A stretch of DNA of 32,000 nucleotides from Pseudomonas aeruginosa (lineage in GTDB: Bacteria; Pseudomonadota; Gammaproteobacteria; Pseudomonadales; Pseudomonadaceae): positions 6,240,001-6,272,000 of the forward strand of contig NZ_LN831024.1 in assembly GCF_001457615.1 (NCBI RefSeq). The letters are read 5' to 3'. The translations under genes and the position numbers were made by a program. This document shows positions 19,442 to 27,884 of the stretch, in pieces; positions within the stretch are counted from its first letter, which is position 1, and each line of letters starts with the position of its first letter. The notes below the pieces were generated by a model. That model was not told the origin of the DNA and did not search any database. It saw only the letters and a program-made list of their open reading frames with translations.

Positions 19442-20314
19442 ATGCCACGTACGCCCCACCTGCTCGCCATCCAGTCCCATGTGGTCTTCGGCCACGCCGG
19501 CAATGCCGCGGCGGTGTTCCCGATGCAGCGCATCGGAATCAACGTCTGGCCGTTGAACACGGTGCAATTCTCCAACCACACCCAGTACGGTCAATGGACC
19601 GGGCAGGTGCTGCCGCCGGAGCAGATTCCGGCGCTGGTGGACGGTATTGCCGGCATCGGCGAACTGGGCAACTGCGACGCGGTGCTGTCCGGCTATCTCG
19701 GCAGCGCCGCCCAGGGCCGCGCCATTCTCGATGTGGTGGCACGGATCAAACAGGCCAACCCTCGGGCGTTGTACCTCTGCGACCCGGTCATGGGCCACCC
19801 AGAAAAAGGCTGCATCGTGGCCCCGGAAGTCAGCGACTTCCTGCTGGAAGAAGCCGCCGCGGTCGCCGACTACCTGTGCCCCAACCAGTTGGAGCTGGAC
19901 AGCTTCTGCGACCGCCAGCCGAACTCCCTCGCCGACTGCGTGGAAATGGCACGGAGCCTGCTGGCACGCGGTCCCAGGGCAATCCTGGTAAAGCACCTGA
20001 ACTATCCGGGCAAGGCCGGCGACACCTTCGAGATGCTGCTGGTGGCCGCCGATCAGGCCTGGCACCTGCAACGCCCGCTGCTGGCCTTCCCGCGGCAACC
20101 GGTCGGGGTCGGCGACCTGGCCTCGGGGCTGTTCCTCTCTCGCCTGCTGCTCGGCGACGACCTGCGTAACGCCTTCGAATTCACCGGCGCCGCGGTCCAT
20201 GAAGTGCTGCTGGAAACCCAGGCCTGCGGCAGCTACGAGCTGGAGCTGGTGCGGGCGCAGGATCGGATCGCACATCCACGTCTCAAATTCGAAGCTCGCT
20301 CACTCGCAATGTAG
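19442..20314 (+). CDS. pdxY: Pyridoxal kinase PdxY
   Basis: 290 aa; [58 protein letters not shown]. Confidence 0.92.
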   Translation: MPRTPHLLAIQSHVVFGHAGNAAAVFPMQRIGINVWPLNTVQFSNHTQYGQWTGQVLPPEQIPALVDGIAGIGELGNCDAVLSGYLGSAAQGRAILDVVARIKQANPRALYLCDPVMGHPEKGCIVAPEVSDFLLEEAAAVADYLCPNQLELDSFCDRQPNSLADCVEMARSLLARGPRAILVKHLNYPGKAGDTFEMLLVAADQAWHLQRPLLAFPRQPVGVGDLASGLFLSRLLLGDDLRNAFEFTGAAVHEVLLETQACGSYELELVRAQDRIAHPRLKFEARSLAM

Positions 20315-20361
20315 GAATCTGACATATCATTCTCGGTCTTCCGACAGAGATAGACCGACGA

Positions 20362-21564
20362 ATGAGCCCCACCAGCGCCCTACCTGCCCTAGCCTGCCTG
20401 GCTGTTGCGCTCGCCACCTGTGAGTTCATTCGTCGCCTTGGCAGCGCGCGCCTGCCCGCTTCCCGGTTCGTCACCATCGACGGCCTGCGCGGTTACCTGG
20501 CGTTCTTCGTTTTTCTCCATCACTCGTCCATCTGGTACTACTACCTGAAGGATGGTCTCTGGCAACTACCGCCGTCCCGGCTCTACGCCCATTTCGGCCA
20601 GACCAGCGTCGCGCTGTTCTTCATGGTCACCGGCTTCCTCTTCGCTCACAAGCTCCTGCACAGCCGCGGCACGCCGATCAGATGGCTGGATGTCTATGCA
20701 TCGAGGATTGCCCGGCTGCTCCCAGCCTATCTCCTGGCAATGGCACTGCTATTCCTTTTGGTGTTCACGGCCACCGGCTTTTCCCTACGCGAGGCGCCCT
20801 CGGCCCTGCTTGGCAAGATGCTCGACTGGTTGCTCTTCTCGATACCGAGCAAGCCTGACATGAACGGTTTCATCGGGACATTCCGCATCGTGGCAGGGGT
20901 GACCTGGACGCTGCCCTATGAGTGGTTGTTCTACTTCTGCCTGCCATTCCTCGGCGTCCTGCTCGGGAACCGTCCTTCCCCAGTAGCCATGGCCATCATG
21001 GCAGGCATGATCTGGCTGGTACTGAAAGCCTGGCAGCCGAACTGGACGCTCGCCTATATGTTCGTCGCTGGTGGGTTGTCAGCGCTCGCGGTACGCTCGA
21101 CGCACCTGCAGCGATTCGCCGCGAGTATCCCCGGCAATCTCCTATGCCTGGCGCTCCTGCTCCTACCCGGAGTGCTCTTTCCCAGCGCCTATCAGGAAAC
21201 GGCGATCCTCATTCTCGGCCTGGCTTTCCTGCTGATTGCGGCGGGTTCGAGCCTATTCGGCCTGCTGACTCAAGCACTGTCCCGCTTCCTCGGCGAAATG
21301 ACCTACAGCATGTATCTGCTGCACGGGTGCATCCTATTCATCAGCTTCGAACTGCTGATCGGCAGGGACAACGCCAAGGCGTTTTCCGCTCTGGAACACT
21401 GGCTGGTCATAGGTGCGATCACTCCCCTGGTAGTGCTCGCGTCGTATCTATCCTTCCGTTTCATAGAAAGTCCGGCCATGCAACGCTCCAGGCAACTCAG
21501 CGCTCTGCTGGGCAAACCGATGCTGGCGCTCAAGCGCCTGGGCCGTCACCCGACTGCTGGCTAA
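20362..21564 (+). CDS. Acyltransferase family 3 (OafA/YrhL-like) integral membrane protein
   Basis: 400 aa; FVTIDGLRGYLAFFVFLHHS, RIARLLPAYLLAM, PYEWLFYFCLPF, MTYSMYLLHG; many TM segments. Confidence 0.88.
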   Translation: MSPTSALPALACLAVALATCEFIRRLGSARLPASRFVTIDGLRGYLAFFVFLHHSSIWYYYLKDGLWQLPPSRLYAHFGQTSVALFFMVTGFLFAHKLLHSRGTPIRWLDVYASRIARLLPAYLLAMALLFLLVFTATGFSLREAPSALLGKMLDWLLFSIPSKPDMNGFIGTFRIVAGVTWTLPYEWLFYFCLPFLGVLLGNRPSPVAMAIMAGMIWLVLKAWQPNWTLAYMFVAGGLSALAVRSTHLQRFAASIPGNLLCLALLLLPGVLFPSAYQETAILILGLAFLLIAAGSSLFGLLTQALSRFLGEMTYSMYLLHGCILFISFELLIGRDNAKAFSALEHWLVIGAITPLVVLASYLSFRFIESPAMQRSRQLSALLGKPMLALKRLGRHPTAG

Positions 21565-22145
21565 AGAACGTATTTCCCCAACATCAACCCACCGACCACC
21601 ATCACCGCCATCAGTACGAAAGCCATGCCCAGGCGCCGCTCGATCAGGGTCTTCAGGCGTGGGCCAGCCCAGAACAGCAAAGCGCAGGTAGCGGCGAAGC
21701 GCAGGCTGCGGGCGACAAGGCTGAGGCCGACGAACAGCCAGAGGTCGAGCTGGGTCACTCCGCTGGTAATGGTGATCACCTTGTACGGCAGCGGCGTGAA
21801 GCCGCCGCCCAGCAGCACCATCAGCCAGCCCAGTTCGTTGTAGCGTTCGGCGACCTGTTCGAAGTTCTCCAGCAAGCCGTAGAACGCCAGGATCGGCATG
21901 GCCACGCTCTCGAACAGCAGCAAGCCGATGAAATAGCCGGCGATGCCGCCCAGCACCGAGCTGATCGCGCAGATCGCCGCGTAGCGCCAGGCCTTGGCCC
22001 GGTTGGCCAGGACCATCGGCACCAGCAAGGCGTCCGGCGGAATCGGGAAGAACGAGCTTTCGGCGAAGGTCACCCCGCCCAGGGCCAGCTCCGCGCGGGG
22101 ATGGCCGGCCAGGCGCAGGGTCCAGTCGTAGAGACGGCGCAACAT
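21561..22145 (-). CDS. YqaA/DedA-like SNARE-associated membrane protein
   Basis: 194 aa from ATG 22145: MLRRLYDWTLRLAGHPRAELALGGVTFAESSFFPIPPDALLVPMVLAN, GGGFTPLPYKVITITSG. Confidence 0.85.
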   Translation of the reverse strand: MLRRLYDWTLRLAGHPRAELALGGVTFAESSFFPIPPDALLVPMVLANRAKAWRYAAICAISSVLGGIAGYFIGLLLFESVAMPILAFYGLLENFEQVAERYNELGWLMVLLGGGFTPLPYKVITITSGVTQLDLWLFVGLSLVARSLRFAATCALLFWAGPRLKTLIERRLGMAFVLMAVMVVGGLMLGKYVL

Positions 22146-22146
22146 G

Positions 22147-23850
22147 TCAGGCCGACTGCGGCAGCGGTGCGTCGGCGCCGCGCTCGTCACGGTCGAGTCC
22201 CAGGCGATGGACCATGCCGCAGGCGATCTCGCGCTCGCCCATGATCACCAGGTTGGCGCCGTTCTGCTCCAGGTAGTCCACCTCGGCGTCGAAATGCGCC
22301 CGGGCGACGATGTCCAGCGGCGGGTTCACCGCGCGGGCGTGGCTGGCGATCTGCCCGGCCTCGAAGCCGTTGGGAATGGCGATCAGCAACCAGCGCGCCT
22401 CGGCGATGTTGGCCAGTTCCAGCACGCCGGGACTGGCGGCGTTGCCGAGGACCACGCTGTAGCCCTGTTCGCGCAGTTCGTCGGCCTTATCACGCTTGTC
22501 CACCACCACCACGAAGGGCGTCCCGGCGGCGCGCAGGCGAGCGCTGACCAACCCGCCAACCCGGCCATGACCGATCAGCACCGCATGCTCGCGCTCCAGG
22601 ATCGGCGGCGGCAGGTCCTGCGCCGGCATCTCGCGAACCCCGCCAGCGGCCTCCGCCAGGCGCTGCTCCTTGCGTTGCTGCAGGCGATCGATGGCGATGA
22701 ACAGCAGCGGATTGACCAGGATCGACAGGATCGCCCCGGCCAGCACCAGGTCGCGGCTCTGCTCCGGCACCAGTTCGAGGCCAATGCCCAGGCCGATGAG
22801 AATGAAGGAAAACTCGCCGATCTGCGCCAGGCTGGCGGCGATCACCAGTGCGGTGCTGTTCGGATGGCCGAAAGCGCGGACGATCAGGTAGGCGGCCACC
22901 GACTTGCCGAAGACGATGACCAGGAAAGTGGCCAGGACCGTCAGCGGCTCCTGCAACAGGATCATCGGATTGAACAGCATCCCTACCGAGACGAAGAACA
23001 GCACCGCGAAAGCGTCGCGCAGCGGCAACGAGTTCTCCGCCGCCTCGTGGCTGAGCTCGGACTCGTTGAGAATCATCCCGGCGAAGAAGGCGCCTAGCGC
23101 GAAGGACACCCCGAACAGCACCGCCGAGCCATAGGCGATGCCCAGGGCAATGGCCAGCACGGCCAGGGTGAAGAGCTCCCGCGAACCGCTGGCGGCGATC
23201 CTCTCCAGCACCCAGGGCACCACCCGGCGACCGCCGAAGATCATCAGGGCGACGAAGGCGGCGACCTTGCCCAGGGTAATCAGCAGCGGCCAGAGCAGAC
23301 CGGCGTCGCCGCCGTCGGTCTTGCCGCCGAGGGTGCCGGCGAGCGCCGGCAGGAGCACCAGGGTCAGGACCATCGCCAGGTCCTCGACGATCAGCCAGCC
23401 GATGGCGATCCTGCCACGCTTGGTGTCCAGCAACTGGCGCTGCTCCAGGGCGCGCAACAGCACCACGGTACTGGCCACCGACAGGCTCAGGCCGAATACC
23501 AGGCCGCCGCCGAAGCTCCAGCCGAGCAGCTTGGCCAGGCCGATGCCAAGCAGCGTGGCGACGCCGATCTGCACCAGCGCCCCGGGAATGGCAATGGCCT
23601 TCACCGAGAGCAGGTCCTTGAGCGAGAAGTGCAGGCCGACGCCGAACATCAGCAGGATCACGCCGAGTTCGGCGATTTCCTGCGACAGCGCCTGGTCGGC
23701 GACATAACCGGGAGTGAACGGCCCGGCCAGGACGCCCGCGAGCAAGTAGCCGACCAGCGGCGAAATGCGCAGGCGATTGGCCAGGGCCCCGAAGAGGAAG
23801 GCGAGGACGAACCCCGCGGCGAGTGTAGTGAGTAACGGCGTATGGTGCAT
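22147..23850 (-). CDS. KefB/YbaL-like CPA2 antiporter with RCK/TrkA-N domain
   Basis: 567 aa from ATG 23850: MHHTPLLTTLAAGFVLAFLFGALANRLRISPLVGYLLAGVLAGPFTPG; AVLIGHGRVGGLVSARLRAAGTPFVVVVDKR. Confidence 0.88.
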   Translation of the reverse strand: MHHTPLLTTLAAGFVLAFLFGALANRLRISPLVGYLLAGVLAGPFTPGYVADQALSQEIAELGVILLMFGVGLHFSLKDLLSVKAIAIPGALVQIGVATLLGIGLAKLLGWSFGGGLVFGLSLSVASTVVLLRALEQRQLLDTKRGRIAIGWLIVEDLAMVLTLVLLPALAGTLGGKTDGGDAGLLWPLLITLGKVAAFVALMIFGGRRVVPWVLERIAASGSRELFTLAVLAIALGIAYGSAVLFGVSFALGAFFAGMILNESELSHEAAENSLPLRDAFAVLFFVSVGMLFNPMILLQEPLTVLATFLVIVFGKSVAAYLIVRAFGHPNSTALVIAASLAQIGEFSFILIGLGIGLELVPEQSRDLVLAGAILSILVNPLLFIAIDRLQQRKEQRLAEAAGGVREMPAQDLPPPILEREHAVLIGHGRVGGLVSARLRAAGTPFVVVVDKRDKADELREQGYSVVLGNAASPGVLELANIAEARWLLIAIPNGFEAGQIASHARAVNPPLDIVARAHFDAEVDYLEQNGANLVIMGEREIACGMVHRLGLDRDERGADAPLPQSA

Positions 23851-24079
23851 CAGGACTCCCGGCAACACGGGGAACGCGTCCTCCGCGGCCTGGCCGGCGG
23901 ACGACGACGTTCGAAATGGATCACGGACCCGCGCCCGTGACGGCAAGGCGGAAAGGCTTTCCGCCAACGGAGCCGGGCAGAGCGACCGGCCCATGGCATT
24001 CGAGCGACCCGACGGCGGCTATGGTTCCTGGCGAAACCCGGCGCGATACCGACAGGTTAACCCGTTGACGTTGCTGGAG

Positions 24080-24108
24080 TTTTAACAGGCACGCCGGTTT
24101 CTTATCAA
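24080..24108 (-). promoter_or_regulatory. Candidate sigma70 promoter TTGATA-N17-TTAAAA for the antiporter/YqaA genes
   Basis: Minus strand -35 TTGATA at 24103-24108 and -10 TTAAAA at 24080-24085; implies a 5'UTR of about 220 nt. Confidence 0.35.
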
Positions 24109-24130
24109 GAAATGTCAGGAATGGACGCCA

Positions 24131-24156
24131 GCAGAGGCAAACCTCTGCGTTTTCTT
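24131..24156 (+). terminator. Terminator-like hairpin without an annotated plus-strand gene upstream
   Basis: GCAGAGG-CAAA-CCTCTGC-GTTTTCTT; perfect 7-bp stem and T-rich tail on the plus strand. Confidence 0.45.
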
Positions 24157-24228
24157 ATGAAAAGCTGCGAAAATTCGCGAAACGGCAGCAGGTCCGAAGC
24201 GGGCTCGACCGGACACCGGCAGCCTTCC

Positions 24229-24711
24229 TCATCCGTCTTCGCGAATCGCCTGGTAGCGGGCCTCCAGCTCCGCGCGCAGCTGGCGGCGTTGTTGGGCCTG
24301 GGCGAAGCGGCGCTTCTGCTCGGCGGTTTCCAGCTCCAGCGGGCGGACGGCCACCGGCTTGCGCTCGTCATCCAGGGCGACCATGGTGAAGAAACAGCTG
24401 TTGGTATGACGCACGGACTGCTCGCGGATGTTCTCGGTGATGACCTTGACGCCGATTTCCATGGAAGTCCGCCCGGTGTAGTTGACCGAAGCGAGGAAGG
24501 TCACCAGTTCGCCGACATGCACCGGCTCGCGGAAGATCACCTGATCCACCGACAGGGTCACCACGTAGCGACCGGCATAGCGACTGGCGCATGCATAGGC
24601 GACTTCGTCGAGATACTTCAGGAGGGTGCCGCCATGGACATTGCCGGAGAAATTGGCCATGTCCGGAGTCATCAGCACGGTCATCGACAGTTGGTTGTTT
24701 CCGGGTTGCAT
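24229..24711 (-). CDS. Acyl-CoA thioesterase, hotdog fold
   Basis: 160 aa from ATG 24711: MQPGNNQLSMTVLMTPDMANFSGNVHGGTLLKYLDEVAYACASRYAG. Confidence 0.88.
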   Translation of the reverse strand: MQPGNNQLSMTVLMTPDMANFSGNVHGGTLLKYLDEVAYACASRYAGRYVVTLSVDQVIFREPVHVGELVTFLASVNYTGRTSMEIGVKVITENIREQSVRHTNSCFFTMVALDDERKPVAVRPLELETAEQKRRFAQAQQRRQLRAELEARYQAIREDG

Positions 24712-24871
24712 AGCGCTTTTTCTCTCATCAGGACGGGCGGGGGACACCATAGACGCAAACGAAGACGGCAGCGGCCACAAATTTTCAATCGTCATGATCG
24801 AAATCGCGCCGGGTCGTGCAGACATCCGCGGGCTTTTCTAGACTGGCCCTTTTCCACCGGGAATCGCTCCA

Positions 24872-25615
24872 ATGCCTGCCGCCATACGCATCCTTCTCCT
24901 GGCCCTGGCCGTGCTTGCCGGCATCGGTGCCGCTGCCATCCAGGCCGAGGATACGCCCTGCGCCACCGCCGCGGAATGCAACACGCGCGGCACCCAGGCT
25001 TATCGACAGGGGAGTTATCCACAGGCGCTGGAGGCCTTCGCCTGGCAATTGCGCCTGGCCGAGCGCCAGGAACAGGGCGGAGCCGACTCGGAACAGGCGC
25101 TGAACAATCTCGCGCTGACCAGCCTCAAGGCCGGGCAACCGGGACGCGCCCGCGCCTGGATGAACCTGGCGCTGGATCGCGGCTACAGCGGCAAGGCCAC
25201 GCGCTACAACCTGGAACAGGTCGCCCTGAAAGTCGACTATCCGTCCCTCCAGGGCCTCGCCGGGCACTACCTGCGCTACGCCGGGCAGGCCGAATGGGAA
25301 AGCCTGCAGATCGAACCGGTGAAGGGCGGCTACCAGGCGAGCTTCGCCCTGATGCGCATCGGCAATCCGGAGAAACTGATGGAATATGGGCCCGCGGCGG
25401 TCGGCGAGCTGTCCGGTCGGCTGGAGGGGCAAGGCGCGCTCTACCGGCTGCGCAGCGAAGGCCTGGGCGCCGGCTGCAGCCTGCTGGTATGGCAGGAAGG
25501 CATCGACCTGCGAGTGGTGGAGAGCCTTGGCGGGAACTGCCAGGGTTACGGCGGCATGGGCATCGCCGCCGCCGGTAACTGGGTGAAGATATCCAGTCAG
25601 GCCAGGGACGACTGA
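24872..25615 (+). CDS. Exported TPR-like protein, hypothetical
   Basis: 247 aa; signal peptide then CNTRGTQAYRQGSYPQALEAFAWQLRLAERQEQGG...ALNNLALTSLKAGQPGRARAWMNLAL. Confidence 0.8.
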   Translation: MPAAIRILLLALAVLAGIGAAAIQAEDTPCATAAECNTRGTQAYRQGSYPQALEAFAWQLRLAERQEQGGADSEQALNNLALTSLKAGQPGRARAWMNLALDRGYSGKATRYNLEQVALKVDYPSLQGLAGHYLRYAGQAEWESLQIEPVKGGYQASFALMRIGNPEKLMEYGPAAVGELSGRLEGQGALYRLRSEGLGAGCSLLVWQEGIDLRVVESLGGNCQGYGGMGIAAAGNWVKISSQARDD

Positions 25616-25662
25616 AACTTTTCCACAGGCCGCTCCAGCGGAGCGACCCGTGGAAAATCCAC

Positions 25663-26421
25663 TCAGCGGCCAGCGGACAGGCCGAAGTCCACCGCCAGGT
25701 CGGCGCCCGTGATCGCTTCGGCCTGAGGGCCGCAGAGATACCAGACCAGCTCGGCGACTTCTTCCGGGCGGATGAAGCGTGCCGCCTTGCCCTGTGGATA
25801 ATCCTTCAGCAGCGCGCGCTTGTAGCCATCCGGATTGCCCATCCCATAGCGTTCGGCCTGGTAGTCGAGCATCGGCGTGGCGATATCCGCCGGCGACACG
25901 GCGTTGACCCGCACGCCCTGCTCGGCCAGTTCCAGCGCCAGGGTCTTGCTCAGCATGGTCAGCGCCGCCTTGCTCGCGCAATACGCCGCCGAACCCCGGT
26001 AGGCCTGGCGTCCGGAGTCGCTGGAGATGTTGACGATGCTGCCCTGGTTTTCCTTCAGGTAGGGAATCGCGGCCTGGCACATGTAGAAGGAGGCCTTGAG
26101 GTTGACTCCCAGGACCAGGTCGAAATCCTCCTCGGTGAAATTTTCCACAGGCCCCTCGCGCCAGACGCCCGCGGCATTCACCAGGGCGTCGAGACGTCCG
26201 GTACGGGCGAGAATCTTCGACATCAGGGTATGGCAGTTATCCGCGCTGCGCAGGTCGGCGACCCCGCTGGCGTCCAACGGCACCTGCGCGTTCAGCGCGT
26301 GCAGGCCCTCCTTATCCACATCCGTGGCGGCGATGCGCCAATGACTCTGGGCGAAACGCTTGGCGATTGCCCGGCCCAAGCCGCCGGCTGCACCAGTGAT
26401 AAGAACGACGGGCGTGCTCAT
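25663..26421 (-). CDS. Short-chain dehydrogenase/reductase
   Basis: 252 aa from ATG 26421: MSTPVVLITGAAGGLGRAIAKRF, NAAG, YCASKAAL. Confidence 0.88.
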   Translation of the reverse strand: MSTPVVLITGAAGGLGRAIAKRFAQSHWRIAATDVDKEGLHALNAQVPLDASGVADLRSADNCHTLMSKILARTGRLDALVNAAGVWREGPVENFTEEDFDLVLGVNLKASFYMCQAAIPYLKENQGSIVNISSDSGRQAYRGSAAYCASKAALTMLSKTLALELAEQGVRVNAVSPADIATPMLDYQAERYGMGNPDGYKRALLKDYPQGKAARFIRPEEVAELVWYLCGPQAEAITGADLAVDFGLSAGR

Positions 26422-26515
26422 CTGCTTTTCCTTACTCCTGTGCCGCGTGGAAAACACCGACGGCCAATCGGCCGCCCGCTTCAATGACTGACCGGCAACG
26501 CCGGCAGCCGTTCAT

Positions 26516-27883
26516 TCAGGCCTGGTTGAGATACCAGCGCCAGTCCTGCTCGCCGACCTCGCCCATGAAGGCACGGTATTCGGCCTGCTTGATCGCCAGG
26601 TAGATCTTCAGGAAATCCTCGCCGAGCGCCTCGCGCGCCCAGGCCGAGCCCTCCAGCGCGCGCAGCGCGGTCAGCCAGTCGCTCGGCAACGCCTGGGTGG
26701 CTTGAGCGTAGCCGTTGCCGGTGATCGGCGCACCGGGGTCGAGTCGCTCGCGAATCCCCAGGCGCACCGCCGCGAGCAACGCCGCCGCCGCCAGGTAGGG
26801 ATTGGCGTCGGCGCCGCAGATGCGGTGCTCGATGTGCCGGCTGGACGCCGGGCCGCCGGGAACCCGCAGCGACACGGTGCGGTTGTTGATTCCCCAGGTC
26901 GGCGCCAGCGGCGCGTAGCTGTTCGCCTGGAAGCGGCGGAACGAGTTGGCGTTCGGACAGAACAGCGCCAAAGACTCCAGCAGGCACGCCTTCATTCCAC
27001 CGATGGCCTGGCGCAGCAGCGGGGTCCCGGCCGGGTCCTCGCTGGCGAACAGATTGTTGCCAGCGGCGTCGGCCAGGCTGACGTGCAGGTGCAGGCCGTT
27101 GCCGGATAGATCGGCGAACGGCTTGGCCATAAAGCAGGCCTGCAACCCATGGCGATTCGCCACACCCTTGACCAGGCGCTTGTAGCGCACGCCTTCGTCG
27201 ATCGCCTGGAGCGCGTCGAAGCGGTGCTGCAGGGTAATCTCCACCTGCCCCGGCGCGTACTCCGAGATCGCCGTGCGCGCCGGCAGGCCCTGGGCCTCGC
27301 AGGCGGCATACAAGTCATCGAGGAATGGCTGCAACTGCTCCAGCTCGTAGACGCCATAGACCTGGGTCGCCCGCGGCCGCTGGCCATTCATCTGCAACGC
27401 CGGCAACGGCCGGCCGTCGCTGTCGCGTTCGCGGTCGAGCAGGTAGAACTCCAGTTCCACCGCCATCACCGGGTGGAAACCCTCCGCCTGCAGGCTGTGG
27501 ATAACCCGCTGCAGCACATGCCGGGGATCGCCCGCCGCGGCCGGTAGCCCGAACTCGGGATGCATGCTGACCTGCACCTGTCCGGTCGGTGACTGCCGCC
27601 AGGGTTGCAGGGTCAGGCTGCCGGGCAGCGGGAAGGTCCAGCAATCGGCATCGCCGACGTCCCAGACCAGGCCGGTCTCCTCGACGTCATCGCCATTGAT
27701 GGTCAGGCCGAGGATGGTGCTCGGCAGCGGCCGCCCGCTTTCGTAGACCGCCAGCAGCTCGTCGCGATGCAGCAGCTTGCCACGCGGCACGCCGTTGGCG
27801 TCGATCAGGAACAGCTCGATGCTGCGCACCTCGGGGTGTGCGGCGAGGAACTCGCGGGCTTCCCGCGGATCGGCGAAATGCAT
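26516..27883 (-). CDS. Glutamine-synthetase-like protein (gamma-glutamylpolyamine synthetase type)
   Basis: 455 aa; AVELEFYLLDRERD, PGQVEITLQH, GNGLHLHVSLADAAGNN, NNRTVSLRVPGGPASSRHIEHRICGADANPYLAAAALL. Confidence 0.88.
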   Translation of the reverse strand: MHFADPREAREFLAAHPEVRSIELFLIDANGVPRGKLLHRDELLAVYESGRPLPSTILGLTINGDDVEETGLVWDVGDADCWTFPLPGSLTLQPWRQSPTGQVQVSMHPEFGLPAAAGDPRHVLQRVIHSLQAEGFHPVMAVELEFYLLDRERDSDGRPLPALQMNGQRPRATQVYGVYELEQLQPFLDDLYAACEAQGLPARTAISEYAPGQVEITLQHRFDALQAIDEGVRYKRLVKGVANRHGLQACFMAKPFADLSGNGLHLHVSLADAAGNNLFASEDPAGTPLLRQAIGGMKACLLESLALFCPNANSFRRFQANSYAPLAPTWGINNRTVSLRVPGGPASSRHIEHRICGADANPYLAAAALLAAVRLGIRERLDPGAPITGNGYAQATQALPSDWLTALRALEGSAWAREALGEDFLKIYLAIKQAEYRAFMGEVGEQDWRWYLNQA

Positions 27884-27884
27884 C

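Noticed and set aside
20922-22244. 440-aa plus-strand ORF over the 3' half of the acyltransferase and antisense to the YqaA gene
   Set aside because: Frame-shifted shadow; the 20362-21564 and 21561-22145 readings have clear membrane-protein sequence.
24112-25578. 488-aa plus-strand ORF spanning thioesterase antisense and the TPR-like gene
   Set aside because: Overlaps two better supported genes in other frames and crosses their intergenic region; no domain signal.
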